From NCBI GenBank assembly GCA_038913135.1, contig JBCLES010000011.1:3673-67672 (forward strand): a stretch of 64,000 bases of DNA, given 5' to 3'. The translations under genes were made by a program, and so were the position numbers. The notes beneath the pieces were generated by a model. That model was not told the DNA's origin. It saw only the letters and a program-made list of their open reading frames with translations, and did not search any database. Origin of the DNA: Anaerolineae bacterium (GTDB lineage: Bacteria > Chloroflexota > Anaerolineae > Epilineales > Epilineaceae). Shown here one piece after another: positions 29,243 to 39,744 of this stretch (the stretch's first letter is position 1; every line of letters starts with the position of its first letter).

Positions 29243-31045
29243 TTACGGCCTCACCCGCACCGCCCCCGCCGGCACCCCCTCAAGCCGCGTCTCCCCGCCG
29301 CCGATCCAACTCACGCTCAACGACTCGGCCGCCGTCGCGGTCCCGAGCCCGAAGATCATCTCCGCCGCGTGCGACCCGAGGAAGCCGACGTCGGCGCCCC
29401 ACCAGCGGATCTGCGACCCGCTCCGCGTCACGAGCTCCACCCGCGCGCCAAAGGCCCGTGACGCCGGAGCGTCGAGGGTCACGACCAGCGATCGATTCCC
29501 GGTCTCCGTTTCGTTGCGCAGGAGGATCGGCGCGCCGCGGTTGACCGAGATCGCGAGGTCCACGTCCCCGTCCGAATCGAAGTCGGCGGCGGCGAGCCCG
29601 CGGCCGACGATGGCGCGGTCGACGCCCGGGCCGGCCTTCGACGCGACGTCGTGGAAGCGTGAGCCGTCGTTCCAGAGGAGGAAAGGCGGCTCGGCCTGAA
29701 GGCTTTTCGGGTCGTCCGGCATCTCGAGCGTGCTCCCGTTCGCGACGGCGAGGTCAAGTCTGCCGTCGAGATCGAGGTCGGCGAGCACGCTACCCCACCC
29801 CACGACATCGGTCGAGATCTCGCCGAGGCCGAGGTCGCGGGTTCGGTCCCGATACTCCCACGCGCCGGCACCCGTCCGCCCTGCGCCGAAGTAGAAGGCG
29901 TTCTCCTGCGCGACCCAATGCGTGATGAACAGGTCGGGCCACCCGTCCGGCGGTCCGCCGCTCTGGTCGCCGAGGTCGGCCACGGAGAGGCCCATCGATC
30001 CGCGTGGATCGGCGATCCCCGTGAGCGTGGAGAGGTCCTGGAAGGCGAGCGTGCCATCCTCGCGATCACCCGCGACGTTCCGGAACAGCCGATTCGTCGA
30101 AACGTCGTTGTTCACGTAGAGGTCCAGCCACCCGTCGCCGTCCAGGTCGCACATCGTCACGGCGAAGCCCCGGCCCTGCGGATCATCGACGCCGAGCGCG
30201 GCTGCCACCTCCTCGAAGGTGCCGTCCCCGCGATTGAGGTAGAGCCGGTTCGACACCGGGTCGAACGCATTCGGATTGAGCGTGAACGGGATGGTCGCCT
30301 CGCCGCCGCTCGACGTCGAGAGTTGATCCGCGCCGAACCCACCTTCCTGGTAATCGACGTAGTTCGCGACGTAGAGGTCCAGGTCGCCGTCGCGGTCGAC
30401 GTCGCCCCAGGCCGCACCCGTCGACCAGGCTGGGTCGTCGACTCCGGCCGCGGCCGCGACCTGGTCGAAGCGGCCGTCGCCGTCGTTGCGGAACAGGCGG
30501 TTCGGGCCGAGGTTCGTAACGTACAGGTCCACGTCGCCGTCCGCGTCGTAGTCCGCGAAGAAGGCGCCCATCCCGAAGCCATCGAGATCGCCGACCCCCG
30601 CCTCCTCCGTGACGTCCGCGAATCGCCCACCGTCGTTCCGAAAGAGTCGGTTCGAGCCCTCAGGGACCGGCTCGGCCCCGAGCCGGCCCGGGAAGTTGAC
30701 GACGTAGAGGTCGAAGTCCCCGTCGCCGTCGATATCGCCCCACGCCAGCCCCGAACCCGTGTCCTCGGGCAGTGTCCGACCCCGCTCGCCCGGGCCGTGG
30801 CGCATGATCACACCGCGTTCGGCCGCAACGTCGGAAAAGCGGATCGGCGGCGCGTCGGCGACTGCCTCGCGCTCGCGGCTCGTCACGTTCGCGTTCGGGT
30901 CGCCAAGGTCCGTGTCCTGGCGCGCGCTGACCCACAGTGCGGCTGCGGTCAGCCCGACGAGCCCGAACACCGTCCCGGCGACCGACGCACGGAGCCGGCG
31001 CTCGCGCTTCGTGCTCCCCCGCCGCTCGCCCGCCCCTCGGCTCAC
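29243..31045 (-). CDS. CRTAC1 / FG-GAP repeat protein with ASPIC-UnbV C-terminus
   Basis: Repeated DxDGDGDxDLYV and NRLFRNDG, GRGLAAADFDSDGDVDL, AFGARV..FGLG; N-terminal TM. Confidence 0.88.
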   Translation of the reverse strand: MSRGAGERRGSTKRERRLRASVAGTVFGLVGLTAAALWVSARQDTDLGDPNANVTSREREAVADAPPIRFSDVAAERGVIMRHGPGERGRTLPEDTGSGLAWGDIDGDGDFDLYVVNFPGRLGAEPVPEGSNRLFRNDGGRFADVTEEAGVGDLDGFGMGAFFADYDADGDVDLYVTNLGPNRLFRNDGDGRFDQVAAAAGVDDPAWSTGAAWGDVDRDGDLDLYVANYVDYQEGGFGADQLSTSSGGEATIPFTLNPNAFDPVSNRLYLNRGDGTFEEVAAALGVDDPQGRGFAVTMCDLDGDGWLDLYVNNDVSTNRLFRNVAGDREDGTLAFQDLSTLTGIADPRGSMGLSVADLGDQSGGPPDGWPDLFITHWVAQENAFYFGAGRTGAGAWEYRDRTRDLGLGEISTDVVGWGSVLADLDLDGRLDLAVANGSTLEMPDDPKSLQAEPPFLLWNDGSRFHDVASKAGPGVDRAIVGRGLAAADFDSDGDVDLAISVNRGAPILLRNETETGNRSLVVTLDAPASRAFGARVELVTRSGSQIRWWGADVGFLGSHAAEMIFGLGTATAAESLSVSWIGGGETRLEGVPAGAVRVRP

Positions 31046-33165
31046 CGGGCGCCCGGTCCCGGAGTCACGGTGGCCGCCTGCGCGTCGAGCGCGATGGTCT
31101 TCGACGACGAATGGTGGGTCACGACCCGTTGGATCACGCCGCTCTCGGCCTCCATGTCCGGCACAACGAGTTCTAGGAAGTCCTGCCGATAGCGCCGGTA
31201 GTTCAGGTCGGCCGAGATCGTGATCGGGCCCTTTGCATCGACCGGGATCTCGAATCGGAAGATCTGGCTGTCGGAGTAACGCGGGAAGATCACGCGCTGC
31301 CCCACGCCGCCCGCCTTTCGCCACAGCTCGTGCTTCAGGAGTTTCGAGCCGAATTCGTCCAAAGGAATGCCCTCGAGCACGAGCGTGCCCTCGTCGCGCG
31401 GATTACCTATCTCGTGCGGCTTCCCATCGCTGTCCAGCAGGTAGCGGGTGTCAGGGTCGATCGCCCCGAACTCGGCCAGGAGCAGCCCGTCGGCATCTAC
31501 TCCCCGCAAGTGGACCCAGGATTGCATGAAGTCGAGCGGCCCGGTCGTGAAGTTGTGACCCGCCTTCCGATTCGTGACGATCGCGCGGACCTCGATTTCG
31601 TTGCCTGGAACAGCGGACGACGGCGCGAGGAGATCGACCGTCGCGACCGGGCCTTCGGGCCACACATCGGCGATTTCCGGGATGATGGTCTGGCCCTGAA
31701 TCCACTCGACCGTCAACGCGACCTGACTTTCCCAGTGCGGGAGCTTCAGCACTTCGGGCATGAGCATGTTCGTCGCGATGGTCCCGTGGTGCCGGTGAGC
31801 GCCATCGTCGGGAGCGCGCCGCTCGTCGCCTCCCTCGCCGTGCCCGGGATCGCTCGAATCCATGACCAGCCGCATGTGGCAGTCGCGGCACGAAAGATCG
31901 GTCGAGGCGTCGTCGCTGTGCCAATGGCTTTGGCGCCACTCATCGTATTGGTTCTGTCCAGGCGCCATCCCGAAGCGATTGAGGGCCTCGGGAATGAATT
32001 GCTTGTGGCACGTGCCGCAGAATTCGGGCGTGCGCAGGATGTTGCGATCGTAATCGGCGAGGTGTTGGCGCGGGTAGGCGCGGATCAGGAAGTCGGAGAC
32101 CGTCTTGCGCGGTCCTTCGGCCGCCGTCCAGAGATACTCCTGCGGCGGCGTGATCACGTAGTCGGCATTCCCGCGCTGATCGACCTCGGATATCGAGTGA
32201 CAGGCGGCGCAGCTGACACCCTCCTGCATTCCAGGAGCCGAGAGGTCGAGCGAGCCTAGATCCTTGGCGCCGGCGAACAGCGAGATCGGATCGTGACAGC
32301 CGCCGCAATAGCGGGTCTCGGCGGGCTCTCGATCGGCGGCGAAGTTCCGCTGGACGGCCTGGAAGGGCGGGTTCATCGCGGCGAAGCGATGCGCGCTCGG
32401 CTCCCATTCGTCCAGGATCTGCTCGTGGCAACCAGACGTGCCGCACGACTCAGAGCCCGAAAGCACGCTCGGATCGATGAGTGTCCCGTCAGACGTGCGG
32501 GCATAGGAGGGTGCGAACGGGCTGCCGCGATACTCCTCGAAGTTCTGGCTGTATTCGGGCAGCGTATAGCCTTCGGGCAGGGGCATCGTCGTCGGGCGGG
32601 TCGGCCAAAGGCCGGCCGCCACCGCGACCACCGCCGCCAGGGCGCCGAGCGCGATCGCGTTGACGGCCGAAAAGCGCCGCACGGAGCCGGAGAATTCCGG
32701 CCACGACGTCGCCCGAGGCCGGCGCCTGAGGTACGCCATCGTCAGGTGAAGGACGAGCAGCACGGCCACCGCGATCCCGCCGACCAGGTGAACGAGGTCC
32801 CAGAGATCACCGATGCGGAGCGCGAAAGCAGCCTGGGTCGTGAGCACGAGCCCGCTGACGATGCTCGTCGCTACGATCACGACGAGCACGTACCCCAAGA
32901 GCTTTTCGGCCGTCAGGCGTTGAGACCACCAGCCCTTCAGGTGCTTGAATGCGTAGATCGCATATGGGACGACGAGCGCCAGGCCGAGCGCAGTGTGGAG
33001 CAATACCTGCAGCTGCGACATGATCGAGAATGGGGCGAAGTACATCCATAAGCCCGTGATCGCGAGCGCGGCCAGCAGTACCACGACGAGCATGGCGAGG
33101 CGTGATCGCCAGCCGCGGAGCGCCCGCTCACGATCCGAGATCACCCCGGACGTGCTCGAATCCAC
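31042..33165 (-). CDS. Membrane-anchored multiheme cytochrome c
   Basis: About 5 N-terminal TMs with His residues; CGGCH, CAACH, CGTCH, CRDCH plus CGTSGCH. Confidence 0.85.
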   Translation of the reverse strand: MDSSTSGVISDRERALRGWRSRLAMLVVVLLAALAITGLWMYFAPFSIMSQLQVLLHTALGLALVVPYAIYAFKHLKGWWSQRLTAEKLLGYVLVVIVATSIVSGLVLTTQAAFALRIGDLWDLVHLVGGIAVAVLLVLHLTMAYLRRRPRATSWPEFSGSVRRFSAVNAIALGALAAVVAVAAGLWPTRPTTMPLPEGYTLPEYSQNFEEYRGSPFAPSYARTSDGTLIDPSVLSGSESCGTSGCHEQILDEWEPSAHRFAAMNPPFQAVQRNFAADREPAETRYCGGCHDPISLFAGAKDLGSLDLSAPGMQEGVSCAACHSISEVDQRGNADYVITPPQEYLWTAAEGPRKTVSDFLIRAYPRQHLADYDRNILRTPEFCGTCHKQFIPEALNRFGMAPGQNQYDEWRQSHWHSDDASTDLSCRDCHMRLVMDSSDPGHGEGGDERRAPDDGAHRHHGTIATNMLMPEVLKLPHWESQVALTVEWIQGQTIIPEIADVWPEGPVATVDLLAPSSAVPGNEIEVRAIVTNRKAGHNFTTGPLDFMQSWVHLRGVDADGLLLAEFGAIDPDTRYLLDSDGKPHEIGNPRDEGTLVLEGIPLDEFGSKLLKHELWRKAGGVGQRVIFPRYSDSQIFRFEIPVDAKGPITISADLNYRRYRQDFLELVVPDMEAESGVIQRVVTHHSSSKTIALDAQAATVTPGPGAR

Positions 33166-33504
33166 GTTCACCTCCAGCCTACAGTGTGCACCTATCGAAA
33201 CACCAAGCGAGCGACCTGCCGGCGATCGCCCGGTCGAGCGCCCGATCGAGCCCGACGAACATCCTATCCGATAGCTTCCGAACCCATGCCGATGCACCCA
33301 TTGCGACCAGCGCCTTCAGCATAGTCTTCTCCGCGGCGGCCCCCGTAGGCGCACACGCGGTCCGTCCTATCCGCCATTGCGCGTACTTTCCGTCTGTGGG
33401 GCAACCGATGCCGAACCGAGCACATAGCGCTACGATGATCCGCACCCGGTCGGTCGATCACCCGCACTGCGGCGCGGCGCCGATTCGCCCCGAAGCAGAC
33501 GCCG

Positions 33505-33610
33505 AACCTCTTCTTCGCCTATCAGCCCCCCAGCGGCAGCCGCGCGATGACCACCGTCCCGCCCGCCTCCCCACCGGCAATCCCGAAATCGCCGCCCATC
33601 ATCGCGGCCC
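33505..33610. repeat. 106-bp direct repeat, copy 1 (duplicate of the kinase 3' end)
   Basis: 101/106 identical to 36630-36735 by manual alignment. Confidence 0.9.
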
Positions 33611-33917
33611 TCCGACCCGGTCCGCGTCAGCCCTTGCCGAAGGGTGGATTCATCATCTGTGCGGCGGAGTACCAGAATGCTATAGCCCTGCGCTCACGTC
33701 CGAATGCTTGTGGTACCCTTCATCTGGCCGGACTCCTAAGGGTTGGGGCTTGGAGCCCGCGATTACGACTTGCAGATCCCCATGATTCTGCGATCCCGGG
33801 GATCGGCCTTCTCAAGGTTGTCTGTCCTCTTTGTCCCGGCGGCAGGTTGGAGCGTGTATCCATATGTCGTTACCAATGCTTTCGGTGGTGGCATCGCGGC
33901 ATGCCCGATCCAGGCGA

Positions 33918-34154
33918 ATGCTCCGAACGCTCGTCGCGGCCATCATCCTCGTGACCGGCGGATGCGACGTGCCGCGCGACGAGCGAGTGACGACCATCGG
34001 ATCGACGGACACGAGCGGTCAGATCGACTCAACACCGCGATCCTCGGAGCGACCTGCGCCATCGAGCGATACGACGCCGACGCCCGCCCGCGCTGGCGGA
34101 TCGAAGTCTCCGCACGTTCGGGCGCGGACCTCGGATGGTGGCGAACCGCGATAG
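33918..34154 (+). pseudogene. Short lipoprotein or fragment
   Basis: MLRTLVAAIILVTGGC lipobox followed by an S/T/P-rich linker and an early stop. Confidence 0.4.
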
Positions 34155-35910
34155 AGTGGCAGATGTATGCAGAGGAGCCCGTTCCGTGATCCGTCTGAGG
34201 CGCTGGCTGGTCGGAGATCGGTGGTACCGGAACTCCCTGGCAGAGTGTTGCGCCCTCGGCGCGATAAACATGTTGATCGCCGGTTGCGAGCCAACTCCCG
34301 ATGCCCCGGCGGTCGAACTCGCCCACGTCGCCCAGACAGGCGGCCGGCCCGGGCCGATCGCCTTTGCCGACGGCCGGATCCTGATCGCGTCCGGGACGCG
34401 CGTCACCGTGTATCCCTCGATCGACGTCGGGCCGGCCGAAGATCGATCGCCCACGTTGGTAGTTCCCTCGATCGGTGTCGATTTGGAGGTCGGCGAGGCG
34501 ATTGAGTTGGTCGCCGAAGGGAACTTCGCGGCCGCAAGAATCGAGTCAGGCCGGATCGCGATCATCGACATCGCGGAGCGTGTTCCCGAGATCTTGGATT
34601 GGCTCGACGAGCCGGGAGAGAGCATGGCGTGGCTCGAGGGGGTGCTGATCACTCTCGGCGATGGCGGCTATAAGATCCGCACGGTCGATGCGCGCAGCGG
34701 CCGGCTTGATGTCCGTTCTCTCACGAACCCGTGTGAGGAGCGCGCACGCTTCCTCGACGCAGCCGGCGGGCGCGCGATCATCCTCTGCGACGACGGCGAG
34801 ATTTGGTCGATGGCTGGCGATCGACGCGGATCGTGCGCTTCGACAGCGATAAGGGCGTCGCCGAGATCGGAGTTGCCCGAGCACTGCGAGGGGCGTTCGA
34901 GATCGTCGGCGACTCGTCCACGCTGGCCGTCCGGAGAACCGCACACGTCCGTATTTTCGACGCCCCAGATCCGCGACGGATCGTCGAGCTGGGCGATCTA
35001 CCTCAGCCGGCGCCGGTAAATCGGGTAGCGATCTCACCGGATGGGCAGGGCACTACGAATCGTTGCCGACGAGCGCTCTGTCGGGATCTTGGCAGAGATT
35101 TACCCGATAGGGGGTGGCTTGGCGTCGTATCCCTACGGGGCGATTGCGTCCTTCGCTACCGGGAATGAGCCTCTCGACGGATTGACGCGAAATTCGGCCG
35201 CGTCCGTCGAAGCCACAGCAGGACGGTGGCTCGCGCTCGAATCCAATGGCGATGTACTCCACTCGGGTATGAACTCCGATTCGATGCTGCGTTACAAAGC
35301 GAACGTCCCCGAATCAGAGTCGAGTATGAGAGATGAAGCCCTCGGCACCACTCGGGACGGCTACATCATCGACGCGGAGGTCATAGACGGCCGGATCCTT
35401 GTCCTCTTGCAATCAGACCCGAACAGGCAGCGCGCCTGGATCGGATTCGTCCAGCCGTGGCGTGAGCCGGTGCAATCCGGAACGCGGATCGGCCTCAACC
35501 CATTGGCCGGGGCTGGATTCTCCGGGCGGCCCGTCGCGCTCGCCGTCGGTGATGGCAGGGCATTCGTCGGGTTGGAGGACGGCGATATCGTGGAGTATGA
35601 CATCAGCGAAGGCGCATCTTCGGACGCACGTCGGCGACTTCCGCGCGTGGGGCGCATCGCAGATGTCGGTGAAGCGACACGTCTCGTCGTCGACGGCGAC
35701 ATTCTCTTCGCGCTCGTCGAGGGCGGAACGCTGTCCGCCGTAGACATCACGCCAGGACGGCCGATGCGCCACGCGCCGGTCGTGGTCCTCGACGCGCTCG
35801 ACAATGAGCCGATCGCTCTCGACATCGCGGCGGCGGGAGGGCTGCTCGTCACCGCCGAAGGTGCGGACGGCATGGGCGTGTATCGGGTGGCTCGCAAGGC
35901 GGTACGATAA
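34135..35910 (+). pseudogene. LVIVD-like beta-propeller lipoprotein with two apparent frameshifts
   Basis: LIAGC lipobox, ELAHVAQTGG, IFDAPDPRRIVELG, TAEGADGMGVY spread over three overlapping frames (breaks near 34820 and 35050). Confidence 0.55.
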
Positions 35911-35992
35911 CGCGAATTCGGTCGAGATCTCGCCGAGCCCACCGTCCTGGTGCGCACCGAGCGGAGGTCGAGCCACCCCGGCAACCGGCCTG

Positions 35993-36291
35993 TCACGCGA
36001 GCGCCTTCACCTCACGTTTGAGCCGATCGCCCAGTTTGATCGTCTGCACGTCGAGGTCGTAGTGGGTCTGTAGGTTGAGCCAGAATCGTGCTGAGGTGCC
36101 GAAGTACCGGCCGAGCCGCAACGCGGTGTCGGCGGAGATGGCCCGCTTCCCGTGCACGATCTCGTTGATGCGGCGGGCGTCGACGCCGATGTCCTGCGCA
36201 AGCCGGTATTGGCTGATGCCCATCGGACCTAGAAAGTCTTCGAAGAGGATCTCGCCGGGATGGATGGGGGGGGGATCTCACGTGTGCTCAT
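35993..36291 (-). CDS. higA: HigA antitoxin (XRE HTH); 5' end shifted out of frame by a C9 tract
   Basis: PIHPGEIL, RINEIVHGKRAISADTALRL, FWLNLQTHYDL; ATG 36291 is out of frame across G9 at 36266-36274. Confidence 0.85.
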
Positions 36292-36302
36292 CGCAGGGCC
36301 CC

Positions 36303-36374
36303 TCAGGGATGGTAGTCGACGATCTCGACGGCGTAGGCTTTGCGGTCTCGCCACTCGAAGCAGACTCGCCATTG
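36303..36374 (-). pseudogene. higB: C-terminal remnant of HigB toxin
   Basis: QWRVCFEWRDRKAYAVEIVDYH directly upstream of higA; N-terminus absent. Confidence 0.75.
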
Positions 36375-36629
36375 TATCTTGCCCCCCACCAAAAGCGGGC
36401 CACCATTAGTACGTCTGGCTGGCCCGACGCGAGTAGGACGAATCGATGGCAGACGAGATTCCTGACACGCTGCGACGATAGACCGCGAAGCGCCGCGGGT
36501 AATGCCGACTGGACGGTTTGGCTGCCGTGGGGATGGCGGTAATCGGTAGCGGCTAACCTCATCTGCCTGGCGGCGCTTACCCTGAAGTCGATCCGGGACA
36601 GCGAAATCGTCGAGACCATGCTCGCGGCC

Positions 36630-36735
36630 AACCTCTTCTTCGCCTATCAGCCCCCCAGCGGCAGCCGCGCGATGATCACCGTCCCACCCGCCTCCCTGTC
36701 GGCAATCCCGAAATCGCCGCCCATCATCGCGGCCC
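36630..36735. repeat. 106-bp direct repeat, copy 2
   Basis: Spans the kinase stop codon; matches 33505-33610. Confidence 0.9.
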
Positions 36736-38323
36736 GCTCGCGCATCCCCGTCAGGCCGAGGCCGCCCCGCTCGTCGCCTCCGCCGCGGAGGGCGATCGCG
36801 TTGTGATCAAAGCCGGCGCCGTCGTCCGACACGCGGAACTCGACGCTATCGTCGCCGACATCCAGGACCAAGCGGACGGTTTGGGCACCGCTGTGCCGGC
36901 GTACGTTCGTCAGCGCCTCCTGGGCTATTCGGAAGAGGGCCGTGCGGACCGCCGTGCCCAGCCGGCCCGCTTCGCCGCGGACCTCGAGCTTCACGTCGAG
37001 GCCGTCGTCCCGGAGCGGGCGACATAGGCCTTGCAGCGCCGCTTCGAGGCCAAGGTGGTCGAGCGTCGACGGGCGAAGATTGCGGCTCAGCCGGCGGACC
37101 TCGTCCGCCTCGGCCAATGCGGCCTCAGCGAGATCGGCGAGTTCGGTCCGCCGGTCCTCTACCCCGGGATCCTCGGCGTTCGACGAAGTGGGCATCGCGG
37201 AAGCCAGGCCATGGAGGCGGCGACCGATCGCCGTGAGCGTCTGGACCGTCGTATCGTGCAGATCGCCCGCTATGCGCGCCCGCTCGTCCTCCTGGGCCTG
37301 GATGAAGAGCGCCACGAACTCTCGCAGGCGCTCGCCCTCGCGACGCGTTGTGAGCAGCTCACGCGAACGATCCGCCATCTCGCGCGCCAGGGTGTTGCGA
37401 TCGGTCACATCCCGGATGATCCCCTGGTAGCCCCCTCGCTCCCGGCCGTCGGGCACCAGGCTGACCTCTAGATCATGCGCGCTGCCGTACGCGTCCGGTG
37501 CTCGCATCGAAAAGCTAACGAGCGGCGCGCCGGAAGCCATCGACTTCAGGTGTAGGTCGACGATCGCACGATCCTCGGCCACCACGAGATCGCTGAGTCG
37601 CCGGCCGACGTAGTCTTCGCGATCACCGCCGAGCACGGCGAAGGTGCGGGCATTGACGTACGTGACCACCCCACTCTCATCCGCCGCGAAGACGATCTCC
37701 GGCGCACGTTCGGTCAGCAAGCGGTACCGGCGCTCGGACGCGCTGAGGGACTCGTGCAGCCGCGCGTTGACCACGGCGAGCGCCGCATGGCGCGCGAGCA
37801 CTTCCACGAACGCTTCGTCATCGTCCGAAAAGCCCGGCGCCCCTATCTTCTCGGTTAGATAGAGCGCGCCGACGATGACCCCCGCCTGCCTGAACGGCAC
37901 CCCGAGGAAGGAATTCATCGGCGGGTGGTTCGGCGGGAAACCGAACGACGACGGGTGGGCGGCGATGTCGTCGATGCGCAAGGGGCCGTCCGCGCGGAGC
38001 ATGACGCCGAGCACGCCTCGGCCGCGCGGCAGATCGCCGATCCGCTCGATCTCCTCGGGCTCGAGACCCGAGACCACGAAGTGCTCGATCCGATCCGTGT
38101 CCGCGAAGGGAATCCCGATCGCCGCGTATCTCGCTCCGGCTGTGGCGCGCGCGCGATCCGCGATGGCGAGCAGCACGCCCACGAGATCGTTCTCAGCGCT
38201 GATCGCGAGCACGGCCTCGCTCAGCGCGACGATCGCGTCCCATGGGGCGATCTCGCCGGCAGGGCCATCGCCCACTTCGGTGCCCTCCGGATTGCGTTGC
38301 TCGCGCACTCGATCTTGGTCCAC
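36647..38323 (-). CDS. GAF-PAS sensor histidine kinase (HisKA_3), DosS/DevS-like GAF
   Basis: PRGRGVLG...GFPPNHPPMNSFLGVP; ERARIAGDLHD; FRIAQEALTNVRRH; DDGAGF; GLGLTGMRER. Confidence 0.92.
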   Translation of the reverse strand: MDQDRVREQRNPEGTEVGDGPAGEIAPWDAIVALSEAVLAISAENDLVGVLLAIADRARATAGARYAAIGIPFADTDRIEHFVVSGLEPEEIERIGDLPRGRGVLGVMLRADGPLRIDDIAAHPSSFGFPPNHPPMNSFLGVPFRQAGVIVGALYLTEKIGAPGFSDDDEAFVEVLARHAALAVVNARLHESLSASERRYRLLTERAPEIVFAADESGVVTYVNARTFAVLGGDREDYVGRRLSDLVVAEDRAIVDLHLKSMASGAPLVSFSMRAPDAYGSAHDLEVSLVPDGRERGGYQGIIRDVTDRNTLAREMADRSRELLTTRREGERLREFVALFIQAQEDERARIAGDLHDTTVQTLTAIGRRLHGLASAMPTSSNAEDPGVEDRRTELADLAEAALAEADEVRRLSRNLRPSTLDHLGLEAALQGLCRPLRDDGLDVKLEVRGEAGRLGTAVRTALFRIAQEALTNVRRHSGAQTVRLVLDVGDDSVEFRVSDDGAGFDHNAIALRGGGDERGGLGLTGMRERAAMMGGDFGIADREAGGTVIIARLPLGG

Positions 38324-38387
38324 GGGTGGAGCTTACCACATCAGTATCGCTGCGCTGCCGGCCGGCGACACAGGCCGGCAGCGCCGG

Positions 38388-38822
38388 TCACTCCAGCGTT
38401 CGAACGTAAGCGATGATGTCGTACAAATCCTGATCCGAAAACGCCGGATTGCCGCCCTTTGGAGGCATGTCGACGCCCGTGGTGTTCAATTCATGCGTCG
38501 CCGGCCGGCCGGTCTTCAAGAAGGCGACGGCCTCGTCGTCACTCATGGCGGCGATGAATTCGTTGGAATGCAGATCCTTCCCGAGGTTCTGGACACCGCG
38601 TGCATCGGGTCCATGGCAACCGGCGCATGGCGTGAAGATCTCCTCGCCATGCTCCGGATCGCCTTCGAGGGCGGCCGCCTGCTCGGCCGGTGCTCCCGAA
38701 TCTCCGGACGGGCTCGTCGCCGGTGCCGGCTCGGACCCGCCGCAGGCGGCGATGGCGGCTCCGAGCGTGAGCAGCAGGGCGGGCAGGAGGGTTCGGAACA
38801 GAGTCTTCGATCGATGGATCAT
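38388..38822 (-). CDS. Monoheme cytochrome c lipoprotein
   Basis: Lipobox IAAC, CAGCH, DMPPKGG; start behind AGGAG. Confidence 0.88.
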   Translation of the reverse strand: MIHRSKTLFRTLLPALLLTLGAAIAACGGSEPAPATSPSGDSGAPAEQAAALEGDPEHGEEIFTPCAGCHGPDARGVQNLGKDLHSNEFIAAMSDDEAVAFLKTGRPATHELNTTGVDMPPKGGNPAFSDQDLYDIIAYVRTLE

Positions 38823-38913
38823 GCGGTTCTCCTGGAGCTGGGATGTGATCGGATGCCAGGTTAATCGGAAGTTGGGAAATGGGTAAGAATCGGAGGGGCG
38901 CATCGAGGGTCGT

Positions 38914-39744
38914 TCATGTAAGCGCGGTCCGCCGCAGCACCAGCGCCGAGATCGCGGTAGAGGCGGCGATCCACAGCACGAGCACGCCGATCGCCACGGG
39001 CGACAGCGCATCGCCCAGTCGTAGCGCGGCATAGGCGCCGGCCGGGCCGAAGACGTCAAGTGAGCCGGTCAGAACGCTCACCGTGGCGATCTTGTAGGCG
39101 TCGAGTGGGTTTACTAGCGTGAGCGCGAGCAGCGTACTCGGGCGAAGGTGGAGTGTAATCGCACTGCTCATCAGGCCCAGGTCGCCGAGGAAGACGAAAA
39201 CGAGCCAAGCCGCCAGCGCGGTTCCGGTCGCTCCGCCGACGCGGCGCGAACCGGACGAGATCAACAAGCCCACTGCGAGTGTGACGAAGGCGAGCAGCAT
39301 CGAGTATCCGACGAGCACTGCGAAGATCCTGGGAGAGATCGCCAATCCACCCGTCGCGGCCGTCAGCGCGGAAAGGCCGAAGCCGAGTGCGATGGCCGCC
39401 CCGAGCGCGAGCTCGAGCCCGAGCAGCTTGCCGAAGAGGACGTCGACGCGGGCTATCGGCTGGGCCATCAGCGTGGAGAGGGTCCCGCGCTCGCGCTCGC
39501 CCGCGATGCTCGCGGCCCCGAGCGTCAAGCCCATCAGCGGGACGACGAGCAGCACAAGGTTGACCAAACTGGCCGCCGTGCGCCCGAAGCCCGCGAAACC
39601 GGCGAGATCCGCGCCGTCGAGCGCCAGTCGCGACAGCGCGTGGGCCAGGCCGGCGAAGGCCGCGGCGTAGAGCAGGAACCATCGGTTGCGCAGGGCGTCG
39701 CGCACTTCCTTCCTCGCGATCAGGACCACGGCATGCCAGGTCAT
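38914..39744 (-). CDS. nosY: NosY ABC permease
   Basis: KEVRDALRNRW, SLVNLVLLVVPL, IAGERERGTL, NPLD; nos context. Confidence 0.88.
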   Translation of the reverse strand: MTWHAVVLIARKEVRDALRNRWFLLYAAAFAGLAHALSRLALDGADLAGFAGFGRTAASLVNLVLLVVPLMGLTLGAASIAGERERGTLSTLMAQPIARVDVLFGKLLGLELALGAAIALGFGLSALTAATGGLAISPRIFAVLVGYSMLLAFVTLAVGLLISSGSRRVGGATGTALAAWLVFVFLGDLGLMSSAITLHLRPSTLLALTLVNPLDAYKIATVSVLTGSLDVFGPAGAYAALRLGDALSPVAIGVLVLWIAASTAISALVLRRTALT

